Source: Glycera tridactyla
Lineage: Eukaryota
Length of the DNA stretch: 64,000 nucleotides
Assembly: GCA_965644265.1 (NCBI GenBank)
Contig: OZ286471.1
Span: 54,560,001-54,624,000 of the forward strand
Direction of reading: 5' to 3'
Shown: piece after piece, positions 1-13,089 of the stretch
Position numbering within the stretch: the stretch's first letter is position 1
Layout: the number at the start of each line of letters is the position of its first letter
Program-made: the position numbers and the translations under genes
Notes under the pieces: model-generated
What the model was told of the DNA's origin: nothing
Seen by the model: the letters and a program-made list of their open reading frames with translations, nothing else
Database searches by the model: none

Positions 1-497
1 TTTGGTCATTCTACAATTTTGTTTGTACTTGAAGTTTAGTGAAACGCCCCAGTAGCAGAGGCCATTCTTAGCTTCAGGGATTTGGTTGGCATGATGGAGG
101 ATTGAGATGTCTAATCTAGGCCAGATTAGCTGCAGCTGATAATTCAATCATTGACGATGGTTCGACGTTGGCCATATTGAGCAGCACTCTAAATCCGGAT
201 GATTCTACTCGAGATGAATATGAGACAGACTCCCGGTGATGGATCACCTCCTGCTAGAAATGATGAAGCAAGAAATTGTAATGTTGAAAATAAACTCGCA
301 GATAGAAGGCGGAGTCGTAACCCAGTTCGCTATTCGGGCAAACTTGAATTGATCTGATGACCGCAAATATGATAGAATTGATCAACACACTTCGGATGAG
401 TGCATTTATTCATACACATAATTTCGTTCGCCCATTATTCAATTGTTCAGGATTCGTTCGACTAATCACCTGAACGCGCGAATTGTACTCTAGATCT
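1..497 (-). pseudogene. Decayed NLR-type LRR coding remnant (downstream part, cut by the foldback insertion)
   Basis: Manual minus-strand translation gives ASLFSTLQFLASS (299-261), SIMPTKSLKLRMAS and TSSTNKIVE, with in-frame stops. Similar peptide types recur elsewhere in the window. Confidence 0.4.
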
Positions 498-552
498 GCT
501 TTCCTATGGAAGCGTTGAAGTGCCAAATTGAAGAAGTGAGAAAACTTTTTAT

Positions 553-793
553 CTCCTACGTAGGACTCACTATCTCCTACGTAGGACTTACTATCTCCTA
601 CGTAGGACTTAATCATCTCCTACGTAGGACTCACTATCTCCTACGTAGGACTTACTATCTCCTACGTAGGACTTACTATCTCCTACGTAGGACTTACTAT
701 CTCTTACGTAGGACTTACTATCTCCTACGTAGGACTCAATTATCTCCTATGTAGGACTTATTATCACCTACGTAGGACTCAATTATCTCGTAC
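553..793 (+). repeat. Left arm: tandem ~21-bp repeat CTATCTCCTACGTAGGACTTA
   Basis: About 11 directly adjacent units, each containing the 12-bp palindrome TCCTACGTAGGA. No unique spacers. Confidence 0.95.
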
Positions 794-992
794 ATATAAT
801 TCATTCTGGTGAGTGATTCAATATATGGACCATTACNNNNNNNNNNNNNNNNNNNNNNNNNNNNNNNNNNNNNNNNNNNNNNNNNNNNNNNNNNNNNNNN
901 NNNNNNNNNNNNNNNNNNNNNNNNNNNNNNNNNNNNNNNNNNNNNNNNNNNNNNNNNNNNNNNNNNNNNNNNNNNNNNNNNNNNNNNNNNNN

Positions 993-1150
993 TACCGACC
1001 GGGACATCTAAGGCCTATCATGAGTCTGTCCCTGTATGTATGTAAAAGGACCACTGCTGTCTTTCACACTGAGTATGATCGGATTCAGTCCGATATAACC
1101 CAAGGTTGTAGAGAGGATGTTACACCCAAAGAAACAAACAAACAAACAGA
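993..1150 (+). mobile_element. SINE-like 3' fragment with (CAAA)n tail inside the foldback loop
   Basis: Shares GTATG(T/C)ATGT..AA..ACCACTGCTGTCTT with the segment at 15265-15295 and ends in AAACAAACAAACAAAC. The 5' head falls in the gap. Confidence 0.5.
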
Positions 1151-1265
1151 CGAATGAACTTGTATTCAGGGTTAGTAATAGTGATGCCTGCAGCAGACAG
1201 AGCATAAACCTTAGATGGACCAGGAACACAAGATATAATCCCCTGAGTTGAGACATGCAATCAAA

Positions 1266-2000
1266 CCCTACGTAGGAGATAGGCAAGTCCTACGTAGGAG
1301 ATAGGTAAGTCCTACGTAGGAGATAGGTAAGTCCTACGTAGGAGATAGTAAGTCCTACTTGGGAGATAGTAAGTCCTACATAGGAGATAGTAAGTCCTAC
1401 GTAGGAGATAGTGAGTCCTACGTAGAAGATAGTAAGTCCTACGTGGGAGATAGGTAATTCCTACGTAGGAGATAGTAAGTCCTACGTAGGGGATAGTAAG
1501 TCCTACGTAGGAGATACTAAGTCCCACGTAGGAGATAGTAAGTCCTACGTAGGAGATAGTAAGTCCTACGTAGGAGATACTAAGTCCTACGTAGGAGATA
1601 CTAAGTCTTACGTAGGATATACTGAGTCCTACGTAGGAGATACTAAGTCCTACGTAGGAGATACTAAGTCCTACGTAGGAGATAGGTGAGTCCTACGTAG
1701 GAGATAGGTAAGTCCTACGTAGGAGATAGTAAGTCCTGCGTAGGAGATAGTAAGTCCTACGTAGGGGATAGTAAGTCCTACGTAGGAGATACTAAGTCCT
1801 ACGTAGGAGATAGGTGAGTCCTACGTAGGAGATAGGTAAGTCCTACGTAGGAGATAGTGAGTCCTACGTAGGGGATAGTAAGTCCTTCGTAAGAGATACT
1901 AAGTCCTACGTAGGAGATAGTAAGTCTTACGTAGGAGATAGGTAAGTCCTACGTAGGAGATACTAAGTCCTACGTAGGAGATACTAAGTCCTACGTAGGT
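1266..2000 (-). repeat. Right arm: tandem 21-22-bp repeat TAAGTCCTACGTAGGAGATAG (inverse of left arm)
   Basis: More than 30 adjacent units of the same repeat in the opposite orientation, with scattered point variants. Confidence 0.95.
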
Positions 2001-2057
2001 GATAGAAAGAATTTCTCACTTTTCTCATTTGGCACTTCAACGCTTCCATAGCTTTCC

Positions 2058-4440
2058 ACCTGTTTCGATGATCGGCGCTTTTATCGCACTTGGCAGCCTT
2101 TTATAGATGCGAGTAAGAAACAACACAATTTTCGTACATCATCAACATCTTGTTTGACCAGCCGTATGACCCGCGATCCATACTGTGCGGTAGTTGAAGT
2201 TATACACGATAGTTGCCTCATGTGTGAACAGGCAGACAGACATGGAAATACCTACTGGATTCGTTGATAGGTGACTGCTGCTGAATTTCCAGGAACTCTC
2301 CACCATGCATCACCCGTATCTGCAGTAGTTGGGATTTTTTCCTTCCGATTTGCCGTTTTCCTATGAATCCCTTGAAGATATGATCCAAATTCAACTCTGA
2401 TTTGAAATAGTACGTTTAAAAATCACATCATGCTCAACCATGGAATTTTTGCTCATGTTGAGAACACATGTAATTCGAAATATCAATGCAAATCTAACCG
2501 GATTGAAACAACACAATTTTCGTACATCATCAACATCTTGTTTGACCAGCCGTATGACCCGCGATCCATACTGTGCGGTTGTTGAAGTTATACACGATAG
2601 TTGCCTCATGTGTGAACAGGCAGACAGACATGGAAATACCTACTGGATTCGTTGATAGGTGACTGCTGCTGAATTTCCAGGAACTCTCCACCATGCATCA
2701 CCCGTATCTGCAGTAGTTGGGATTTTTTCCTTCCGATTTGCCGTTTTCCTATGAATCCCTTGAAGATAAGATCCAAATTCAACTCTGATTTGAAATAGTA
2801 CGTTTAAAAATCACATCATGCTCAACCATGGAATTTTTGCTCATGTTGAGAACACATGTAATTCGAAATATCAATGCAAATCTAACCGGATTGAAAATCG
2901 AAAACTGTCTGCGCTGTCTTTGAAAAGGGTGCGGAATAGAAATAATGAGAAACTTCAGGCACCAATATAAGGCGGAAGACGGGTATGAACTCAGGGGATA
3001 TGTTTGTTCAATAGTAAATGCATCTGACATTATCGGAAATTCACCTGATAACTTCATTTTAATTCATCTTAACACCATCACTTCAATACTGAAGCTACTC
3101 CAATGTAGACGGAAGAGAGATCCAAATAACAAAAGAACATACATACATCTATATACATACAGCGAGGGAATAGAGGATGAGAAGAGTAAGGATGGAGAGT
3201 TTGGTGAGTCAGGGATTGAGGATTGGAGTTCGAGTTATACATATATTCGTTACTCCAGGATTGTCGCTGTTCAGTTTCCATTCACAATGATATAAGTAGA
3301 CTGTAATATGTAGTGAACAGGGGAACCCTCGACCCTCGGACGGGGTTTATTTTCTAAATAATGAAGTCGTTGTAGATACAGATGGAAGCATTGCGTGTGA
3401 GTGTCTGCCATTGGTAGATTAGTGAGAATCACTTGTGGGCGACTTGGTGTTCATCTGTCAGATTCTGACTCAAATTAAAACAAATCATCATCATATCAAC
3501 ACGCAATATCTTCATCAACACCAAACTACTTGCTCTCTTTCACCCGTCTTCAATTTGAAGGCATTGTTCTTCTCAAATAACGTTCTTTGTTACCATGCTT
3601 AGATTTGATACCCCAAATAATGACACGGAATTCCGTCTACCTCTTGCATTCTTTATCTGATGAGAAATAGGTACCCTGATGACTGGAAAGAGATTGGTAT
3701 CATTCGTATCATGGGCCTGGATCATATGACTCATTTGATGGTATATTCATTAATGTATATTAGGTGTTTGATATTCACATTCGACTGTGCATATCAGTAG
3801 AAATGGGGAATGGATCATGATTGCAATGGAAAATCGATGAATAGGTGAAAAAATAAGTAAATAAAACACTATATATCATCGTTATCGTCGAATATGGGAG
3901 GACGAGATCACGCAATGCGATTTTCACTGCAACCCAGAAATTGGCCAGATTCATTCGTCCAAAACTTGACCAGAATGTCGCTCTTTGACAATGCTGAATA
4001 TCTGCTGGATGTTATTTATTTCAGAAGCTTCTCGACTGGGTCGCAATCCATGTAATTGGAGTCTATTGTGTCTTTGACATGGCCAATTGTAACAGGGGTA
4101 TTTATCAGGGGATGATCTGTTTTGGAGCAGCCCAGTACTAAAGCGGATATTTATGTGTCACGGCAAATCCTCAGCATCCAATCAAGGCAAATCATCATGG
4201 CAACCGGGCTAGATCACGCTGCTTGCCTGGCCACCTCCCAACAGCCAGTTCGTTGAAGACGTCACATCTTGAAGGCAAGAAATCTGAAATGATCCATTCT
4301 CGTGGCGTTTTCCGAATATATGGCCGATGTCGTCTTGCTACAATATCGATAACGGATTAATATGAGACTCCACCTGGTTGCAATGATAACCGTAGATTTA
4401 TCCGAAAAGAAGTTGAAATCTTATCAGGATGAAATCACGT
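2058..4440 (-). pseudogene. Decayed coding remnant, possibly NLR/LRR (upstream part)
   Basis: Protein-like fragments such as LTKLSILTLLILYSL, WISLPSTLE*LQY and DKSTVIIATR. Many stops and an internal 388-bp duplication. Confidence 0.3.
2117..2896. repeat. 388-bp near-identical tandem duplication
   Basis: GAAACAACACAATTTT starts at 2117 and again at 2505. I see only two substitutions between copies (GGTAG/GGTTG and GATATG/GATAAG). Confidence 0.9.
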
Positions 4441-4489
4441 GAAAACAATCAGTGCAATGTGAAAGATGGGATGAACAATTTGAAATGAT

Positions 4490-4690
4490 TCACTGAAAAA
4501 GTGTAGGAAACTGGGAAGTGATGAATGATATTTTTATGATGCACTGAAGAAGTGTAGGAAACTGGGAAGTGATTAATGATATTTCTATGACTCACTGAAG
4601 AAATGTAGGAAACTGGGGAGTGATGAATAATATTTTTATGATTCACTGGAGAAGTGTAGGAAACTTGGAAGTGATGAATAATATTTTTGA
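4490..4690. repeat. 51-bp minisatellite, about 4 units
   Basis: TGTAGGAAACT recurs at 4502, 4553, 4604 and 4655. Confidence 0.9.
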
Positions 4691-4984
4691 GAGGAAGTAA
4701 TGACTGGGTTCCCGTCGAGATACTAGACTGCCGCACAGCTAACGCATCTTTACCCTCTACATGCGCGGGTTAACATCGCCTATGATTTTCACCAGATAGT
4801 TATATCGGAGGATAGGATGGGTAATTGATTATTTGATCGACTGATTGATTGATGTCCGACGTCATGTCATGGTAGGTTGAGTAGGGAAGATGTGTGGTCA
4901 GATGGACAGATGGACAGACGGACGGATGGACAGATGGCGAGGAAGAACAGGATGGACCGGTGGTCGAATAGGTGGATAGGTGTG

Positions 4985-5125
4985 TAGAATGATCGATAGA
5001 TGAATGGATAGACTGACAGATAGACTGACAAATAGACAGACAGATAGAGAGACAGGCAAACGGACAACCAGACAACTAGACAGACAAGGGACAACTAGAC
5101 AGGCAGACATAGAGACAGAGAAGAC

Positions 5126-5162
<37 letters not shown>

Positions 5163-5165
5163 GGC
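4985..5165. repeat. (GACA/GATA)n compound microsatellite
   Basis: Direct reading. Confidence 0.9.
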
Positions 5166-6779
5166 GGGCGGGGACCGAACGGACAGAATAAGAAGTGGAA
5201 TCTCTCGTGGTGTAAGTATCGTCAGAATTTGTTGACTTCATGCTGACCCAGGCGAAATAACCTGATCTGGTTTTCGCATGATTTGTTTTTTCACATCCGT
5301 TGATGGTACTCCGTCATCCACGAAATCGATTACAAACTCATTTCTTTACGAAGTCCCAAGGTTCAATATACCGCGAACATGCGCATCTGCACCACACTGG
5401 GCACGTTCTTTCGATATGAAACAGTCACATGTCACCCGTGAGAAATCCATGTTGAAATAATTGAATGTTGCCTCTTTGTGCTCAGTATGTACCACTATAC
5501 CCATGATGATGACATGCAGTTTGAAACCAAGGACGAACAATCATCTGGCATATTCCTGCAGAATAGTCCTGACACCTTACCGATTAGATAACTGAAAGGA
5601 TCCTCCTGCTGTCGTATTGATTCGGGTGACTGTCGGTCAAGTTTACGTGAAATGTTTGTTTCGAAACTTTCATCTTACTTCGATTTTGCGTTGTGCTATT
5701 CCGTCATGAAATCTGAGAAAGAAGTTTATTCAACTCCGATACAAAAACGAATAAGGTCTTAACATTATAGATGTACCAGTGAGTCGAAAATTCCTCGCAT
5801 ACTGGAATGTGAGAAGCCACTTTTGAGAGTATGTAATCTGTCAATTGTACCTTCTATAACTGTTAAGGCGAGCTGTGTTTGTTTAGCAATAGGGTGGTTG
5901 CGTGAACTTTTATCATCGGTGAGATAGCCGTCCACAGTAGCCCAGCAGGCCTTCTTATGTTCACCCCATGCCCTTCCCACTGAATCATATATAGGTTAAT
6001 TGAAATACTAGATAATTAATCAAGGTGGTCAGGCCTTCACGGATGATCGATACATGAGGAGCTGCGCTCATTTTTCGATGGGGTCAAACACACCCATGAA
6101 AGTCGCTTTCCGACCGGTGCCCCCCCCACCCCTTTCTGGCACGATTGTCCTAGCTTGGTGATGAAAAAACGGACTGCGAATAGAAGCACTAAGGGACCCG
6201 AATCAGAGTTGCTTTCGAGATAGCCAACAAAATGCGGGCTACCAATTCATTGGAAAAATGAACATGATGCATCCTGCGAGTGGCGTCATCTTGCGACTGT
6301 GTATCAACATGAGTTATTTTCTCACTGAGATGCACTGGTAATACAAGTATAATCTTGTATTATTGTTTGATGGATAATAACACAGATTGCTACATCTATC
6401 ATGGTGGGTATTTATGCAACTGGGTGCTGATGTCGCCAGTGTACGAGTGCCACACAATGGGCGGTCTCATCTAATTGAATGTTCTGCTCGCTATTATCTG
6501 ACACCCATGTTAGGCCTGTGAGCAACTGTTTCAGTCATGTACACTAACGAGACAACTAGCAGTATTCCTCACCCTTTGATTCGGTGTAAGTTGTAGTAAA
6601 TCACAATATTCTGCAACTGTATATGCTACCTAGCATTACCAATAATGACAAAATATCTTGGACACGACCAGCCCCATTTGGGCCTAAACGGCTCGGTGCT
6701 CGACAACTATTTTGTGTTGTTGATTGCTTGAGCGCAAGCTTCGGAAAGAGAGAAGTTTAATGTGAATGATACATACATC

Positions 6780-7640
6780 CATGTAAACCGAAAGTGTACA
6801 TCCGTGAGGGTTGCAGGTGTCTACCTTAAATAAGACAGACAAGTTGATACACTCAAATATGTATTTGTTGTATATCAATCGTATGATTCCAACACATCTC
6901 ACCTACTCGTCAATTTGGGTGAATCGTTTTCCTCCTGTGTTCATATAGAGATTCAAGTTACTGGCCATATCTTTCGAAGTGCTGGCTACCAGACATACTT
7001 CTTGGTTTGCTCATCAAGCTTGGTGAAATCGTCGGGCAAAATCAGGCAAGTCAGCATATTCTCTCTGATATCATCATACGGTGAGCAGTGGAACATGAAG
7101 TGTAGTTCAAAATACGTATGTAGTGTATGCACATCGAAGATGGAGATGTTGAAATACATTTATTCTTGAGAACAATTCCAGTGATATTTGGTTTTGAAAG
7201 GGTGCCAATTGAAAGCTTTCCTCGGGCAAGAACTGAGCTTAGTTGGACATACCGTGGCGTAATCCTGTTTACAACCTGAAGCAGAGCCACATAAAATAGT
7301 GTTACATTCTCGGAGCCCATAAAGTATCTAGAGTCGCATGGGACGAGTTAGGGCTCGAAAGACCCAATAACTTTCACAACTCTGCATGAATTGAGTCTTT
7401 ACTGAATAGACAGAGGTGCACTTTGCGACATACAGGAGAACTAACAACAGTCATTGCAGCATCTTCATCACATAAGAACAACAAGAAATGAGGAACTACT
7501 CGATTTGGGCGAAAATGACCTAAAGAGCCCAAAGAGCTCACCTGTCATAAATTTCCGAATGCGGATGTACGAGGTCTATATTCTCTCCAATGGATGTCAA
7601 CTTTGTAGTTATTTCTTTAGTCAATATCACTGTATGTCCG
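6780..7640 (+). pseudogene. Decayed NLR-type LRR coding remnant
   Basis: SHLLVNLGESFSSCVHIEI, LVLKGCQL, QELSLVG, ITFTTLHELSLY*ID and LQHLHHIRTTRNEELLDLGENDL (ORF 7454-7648) appear in order on one strand, with stops and frameshifts. Confidence 0.55.
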
Positions 7641-8894
7641 AGTCATAATGATAAGATATTCAGGCATTTCGCCGTGGATGAACCTATCATGCTTAGGAAT
7701 TTTCTAAAAAGTATTCATTTTGATGACAATTGACACTAACATACAGTCAGTTTGTGTTTTGACGACATTCTTCGTACGCTGTAATTTTTGTGATTTCTCA
7801 ACATGGCCCGTTGAGGAATCCGGCTCACCATCCCATGAGATGAACGTTGATAGCACTATAGACATCACTGCCGAAAGACAGAAGGTGTACTTTTACGAGC
7901 ACACATGAATACACTCACATACGAATACCCCTATACCAGCATTAGCAGTAATGGTAGTAGTTGTGGTGGTGGTAGTGACAAACTGTAAAACTGTGAACAA
8001 TATGGTGACTGAGAAACATATGTACAATGCGCAATTATTACTCGATCAAACACATTATTCACAGGTGTTCAAACGATAGCCTCATGGTGAGCCCCTAACA
8101 GATAGAGAATATCACCTGGACTGTATTCACTGAATATATGTCAAATTACTCACCCCTATCGATAGGCATTCGGCTAAAATATCTACAATTTATCGTTGTC
8201 CACTATTAGACACATCTGTAGCGAGTATCACATGCATAAGTTGAATATTCTCATTTCTCGGCGAGATAATCGCATAAAATAGAGTATAACAGAATCAATG
8301 TGTCATCAATCGATATGGTGGATGTTCCACTACAGTCACCCATCTATTTAGTATTTTCACCAGGGGAATAAACAAAAAGCAATGTAGCAGATAGTACGAA
8401 TAATACGAGGAGTTGAAAACCAATTTGAGAACATGTCGGAAATTATTCCCACTTTTCACGATATATATCCACAAATATGGACATTCTGGATTGCACTGAT
8501 CTAATGGTAGTAGTGGTAGTAGTAGTTGTAGTGAAACTGTAAAACTGTAACTTTATTTCCGTGACAAAAAATGCATATGTACATCGTATCCCTTCAATTG
8601 TTCATTTTTACATAATACACATGCCTGATATTCCCCGCCCCTATAGAGAGGCTATTTGTCATGTTGATTCTAACATATTCATGTCTACTATTCGGCTTCA
8701 ATAAAGTGAATTGCGAATCTTAACATTATAATTATCATTATTTAGCTACTATGAGAAAGCAATATCCAATCAACACATACAAACATATTCACAATATTCA
8801 CACTATTTACAACACATACGCGTGATCCATCAATTTTCCAACATTCTGCACAATTCCGATACAGAAATTACTATCATGAATTAAAAGGAGGAGG

Positions 8895-8939
8895 AGTATT
8901 AGTAGTCATAGTATCAGTAGTAGTAGTAGTAGTAGTAGC

Positions 8940-8994
<55 letters not shown>

Positions 8995-9020
8995 TAAGTA
9001 GTAGTGGTAGTAGTAGAAGG
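8895..9020. repeat. (TAG)n microsatellite
   Basis: Direct reading. Confidence 0.95.
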
Positions 9021-9392
9021 AGTAGCATCGGAATGGATTTGGAAACATGAATCTACGTCGGCTCGGTGTGCTTAGCTGTGTACTAGCAAGGGATGCCACC
9101 TTGAAAGTAATCACATAGATGCCACCGAGCTGCCAGGAACGATGTAAGTTGCATTCGTATGAGTGCTTTTTCACTTGGAGGAGATTCTGTTGTTCAAAGC
9201 AGACAATTATCGCAGCTCAGGCTTTTTACCGTTGTCAGGTTTCGCACAGTACAAGAGATGAAAAATGTGGTTTGATTGTATCAACTTCGTAGTCGATATT
9301 CATAATTAGCTCTACATGATTACATTCCCGAATCCAATTTGATGTTTTCATCGAGGGTGGTATTGAGGGTGGTCTTCCTGCGATGAAACGAG

Positions 9393-10680
9393 GTGCTTGT
9401 ACCATACAGAAAGATGGAGTTGCGTGCGATTCCAAAATACCCTATTCAAATTCATCTGGAATTTTCATCAGAATCCATTCGTTCCGAGGTCGGCATATAC
9501 AGCCTTTATGATATAAAACCTACAGTCAAAGTTACCCCTCGATTGAATAAGAAAGTGATCATTAGACAGGTGGACTTTGCAGAGAAGTTGTTAACTGCAG
9601 CTATTTCAAACGGGCCTTTACAAAATCTGAATATATATTGCCTTAGTTTTCTACCCTTCAAGCTCGAAGAGAATAGAAATACAATATAACCTGTCCGAGA
9701 AGATCACGGTCGTATCAATACGTCTTTTTTCGGCAGGTAGCTCATGTAGAAAGGTTGACGATTGCTCATTCACTATAATGCTCAGAAGAATAATCCCTAT
9801 CCACGGCTACAGCAACCAAGCTCATCAGGAATAGCTCTGCAAAAAAGTTTATTGGCGGAATTATTGATCATTTCTCTGACTTCCATGAATTATCATCTGG
9901 GGATGAGATAAGACTCACGGATGATTTATCTGGAACACATTGAAGTACCTCAGCTCAGAGGACTATAGAGGGACTCGGTTCACCTCTTTCATTATATTCA
10001 TAGTTGATGCCCGCAATGAGGGGCCTGATTGAAGATCACCCGAACTACTACGTCAAAGATCAAGCCACTCACAAGGACATCCGCACAGCCGTTATGAAAC
10101 CGAGAGCAGCAGTTTGCATGGCGCATATACACGAATGAGAGGCATGAGGAGAGCAGATCACCTTCAACTATACCACTGGGAGGGTTGCTTTTGTTGATGG
10201 TCTGAATCTGCTCTTCGGCAGTGCTTGAAACCTTCCGTATAAGTGTTTGTCATAAAGGAATGGAATCTGCGTCCATTCGTTGGATCGCAACTGATTGCTT
10301 GACAAAGACGGACTCCCGCCATTGGAGGACCTAAATTGAGACATATCAACCACCTTTCAGCACATCTACTTGGAATTACAATCACTTCAGATGGTGTAAT
10401 AGCCTTATTTTTAGTTGATACGTTCTATATATCCTCATGACACAATTCGGAACCTAGCGGATTGTGAATGAAACTCTCACGCTGCATAAATATTAGATAC
10501 ATGTTGTTCTTATGGCTTGTTCTTCCTGCAAATGAGATTTCTCAACTCTATCAGAAGTCGCCAATTCCGAAAGTTTGAACTGCAGGTTTTGATAGTCATT
10601 ACTCTGAAATTGCCCAACCGATTCCCCGACTCTCATGTGTGACTTATTCAACTTACAATCGAACCTGTTTCAAGCAAAGG
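9393..10680 (+). pseudogene. Decayed NLR-type LRR coding remnant
   Basis: EKLLTAAISNGPLQNLNIYCLSF (ORF 9393-9689), RQVAHVERLTIAH, DFSTLSEVANSESL and TDSPTLMCDLFNL, with in-frame stops. Confidence 0.45.
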
Positions 10681-11114
10681 TTGCATCTCACAAAAGAAGA
10701 ATCATAAAGAAATAATCTACCCCGAGAACTTCAAGTGTGGCTGCTCACTACAGCGTTAGCCTTGCGGCAGGATGGACTTGTTGGCTCGAGATTTGGATAC
10801 TCAGAAAAGGCAAATTATATTGATGACATCTGGTGGTAGGAATGTCAGATTAGTTCGGTACGTTAGTTACCTGGACGAACTTTTTCGGAAAAGTGTCGCA
10901 AACTACATGTCGAACACCGACCAGCTGAGTTCAAAGGGAGCTTCCTCTAACCACTGTGGACAGTTGGCCTTTGTTCTAAACACAATGGATGTGAATGAAT
11001 GCATATGTTGCCACTTTGAACAAACGCTTTCTTGTCTTTATTGACACAACTGAAGTAACATACAATAATCATATGTTTCGAACCAGTGGGTAATGTCTCC
11101 CATCTTTGACTACT

Positions 11115-11222
11115 ACAGCAGCAACTACTACTCCTGCTACTACAACCACTACTGCTGATACAACTATGACTACAACTTTTACCCCTGATTACTGGGTGTG
11201 TCACTAGAACTGGCTATATCGA

Positions 11223-11291
<69 letters not shown>

Positions 11292-11310
11292 TACTACTAC
11301 TACTACTGGT
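11115..11310. repeat. (CTA)n microsatellite with degenerate flanks
   Basis: Direct reading. Confidence 0.95.
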
Positions 11311-11899
11311 AGTATAAGTAGTCGTTGTACTATTTCTGCTAGTAGTTTTAGTAGTATTTGCTGTCGTGGTAGTACCTATACTAGTATAACTATCACTGCA
11401 ATTATTACGACTTCGTCACAAGAACTAATATAACTACCATTACTAACTCCCTCAACACAACTGAGTTTCGATGTTATTTCTCATTCCATGCCAAGCGTGT
11501 TGGTTACAAGATGATCCAATGCATGGTTAGGGCAGTAGGGACATTCTTCCAATGCATGTCTCAAAACTTCGCTGTCACCCCCAATGATTCATCCCAACCG
11601 TGAATTTGTTTCCCGGCTCTCTATATCATATCACACGTTCATCACACATTTATTGAACCCGCTGATCTCTTCATATCATAACACATCAGACAGGAGGGCT
11701 ATATTTGGATAGCTTGTTCAATATATCTTGGACACTCATTGATGTTTGACAGGACCCCACACTCGCCTGTTATATGTCTTCTACATGATATGATGGATCT
11801 ACTTTCCGCATGTATTTGTGAAAGCCTGAGATACTCACACTTTCTACACCATATTCGAACATTTTGCTGACAAATTGCAGGGTGTTTTGAGTCTTCCAA

Positions 11900-12910
11900 T
11901 ATTGTAACAGGACGATTCATATCGTAAACTCGATCTCAGCATTTTCTCTGTAAACTGTCATATTAGTGTGAATAGTTGCCAATTTGAGCGGAAGGTCTTG
12001 CTTTGGAACTGACCTCAATAATTGATCTCACTAGACACTTTCCGCAGTGACCGTGCATATGCTCGATCGAACATATATTCGATTAAAGTATAGCTACTGA
12101 AGTTGGTATGGAATGTAGAATGTATTGTGAACCGGAGATTCGATAACCAAGTCAGGCATAGGAGTAGATCAGGGTGATGTCAGATATGAGTGTGACATGT
12201 ATGTCATAAAAATTACCCCCTCCAGTATTTATCAACCATACTGCACAGATTACATTCCCTCCTTACACTATAAAACTCCACCATTATGGATATTTTCTCG
12301 AGGTCGAGAATTTCATTCTGAGTTCGGATGAAGCTTTCATACGACCCCATATGACCAATGGCGAGTTCTTCAAATCAATGTGATAACATTTTCTCTATTC
12401 TCATCAGAGTAAGAAGTGGTGAATTGAAATTCTACAATAGAATGTAGATCGAATGGTGTTGATAGATCCCTAGGAAAGAGCAGGAACATTATACCATTCT
12501 ATCTGATGACATACACAGCTACATCAAAATTAAAAACTCAACACATTGTACGATATCTCTCCAACTTTTCAATTTGGTGAGGAATTGAGATGCCCCCCTG
12601 GCAGGAAGCAGATGAAACCATTTTGGTGCGGGCAACTCACATTAATTGGCATTTATTCCAAAATCCGAATGCTTGCTGATAGTCAAAGTCTGTATTTTAT
12701 GGCATTTGGAAGGTAATCCCTAATTGTGACACTAAGATGATGTCTGCAACCGACATTGCTGATGAAGAGTAGTGATTTGTCTTTCTCCATTCTATACGAT
12801 GAGCTGCATAGCTAGTCCAAAATACGAAATCAGCCGAAAAATTGCCAGTGTCGGAGTCAGATGTCCCCATCACCATGGAGCAAAGTTCACCGATGAAGGC
12901 ACTCAGCTAT
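11900..12910 (-). pseudogene. Decayed LRR coding remnant
   Basis: GLPSKCHKIQTLTISKH, IEKLERYRTMC, ILDLEKISIMVEF and HPDLLLCLTWLSNLRFTIHSTFHTNF across shifting frames. Confidence 0.4.
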
Positions 12911-13089
12911 GAAATGAACATGTGATAGCATCTAGCTGAGGACGTACAACCTGGAATTGTCCATGTGACCCCAATGGTTGCATCATTGAGATCGAGTGCT
13001 TGGAAATTCCATATCCTCCTCCTGCTGCTCCTGCTGCTCCCGCTCCTGCTCCTGCTGTTCCTCTTTCTCCTCCTCCTCATCATCAATCA

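Larger units (their letters stand above)
505..2050. mobile_element. Foldback-type non-autonomous DNA transposon with modular inverted arms
   Basis: The left end TATGGAAGCGTTGAAGTGCCAAAT (from 505) is the exact reverse complement of the right end ATTTGGCACTTCAACGCTTCCATA (to 2050), and imperfect similarity runs on for about 35 bp more. GCTTTCC flanks both sides (498-504 and 2051-2057). Both arms are tandem ~21-bp repeats in opposite orientations. Confidence 0.85.

Noticed and set aside
410-1527. ORFs with ISYVGLT / LLRRTYY repeats
   Set aside because: They are translations of the 21-bp tandem repeat.
553-2000. CRISPR-like array of palindromic 21-bp repeats
   Set aside because: Units are directly adjacent with no unique spacers, there are no cas genes, the context is eukaryotic, and the arrays form the inverted arms of a transposon.
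4449-4736. ORF with 17-aa repeats (KNIIHHFPVSYTSSVHH)
   Set aside because: It is the translation of the 51-bp minisatellite, with no splice or homology support.
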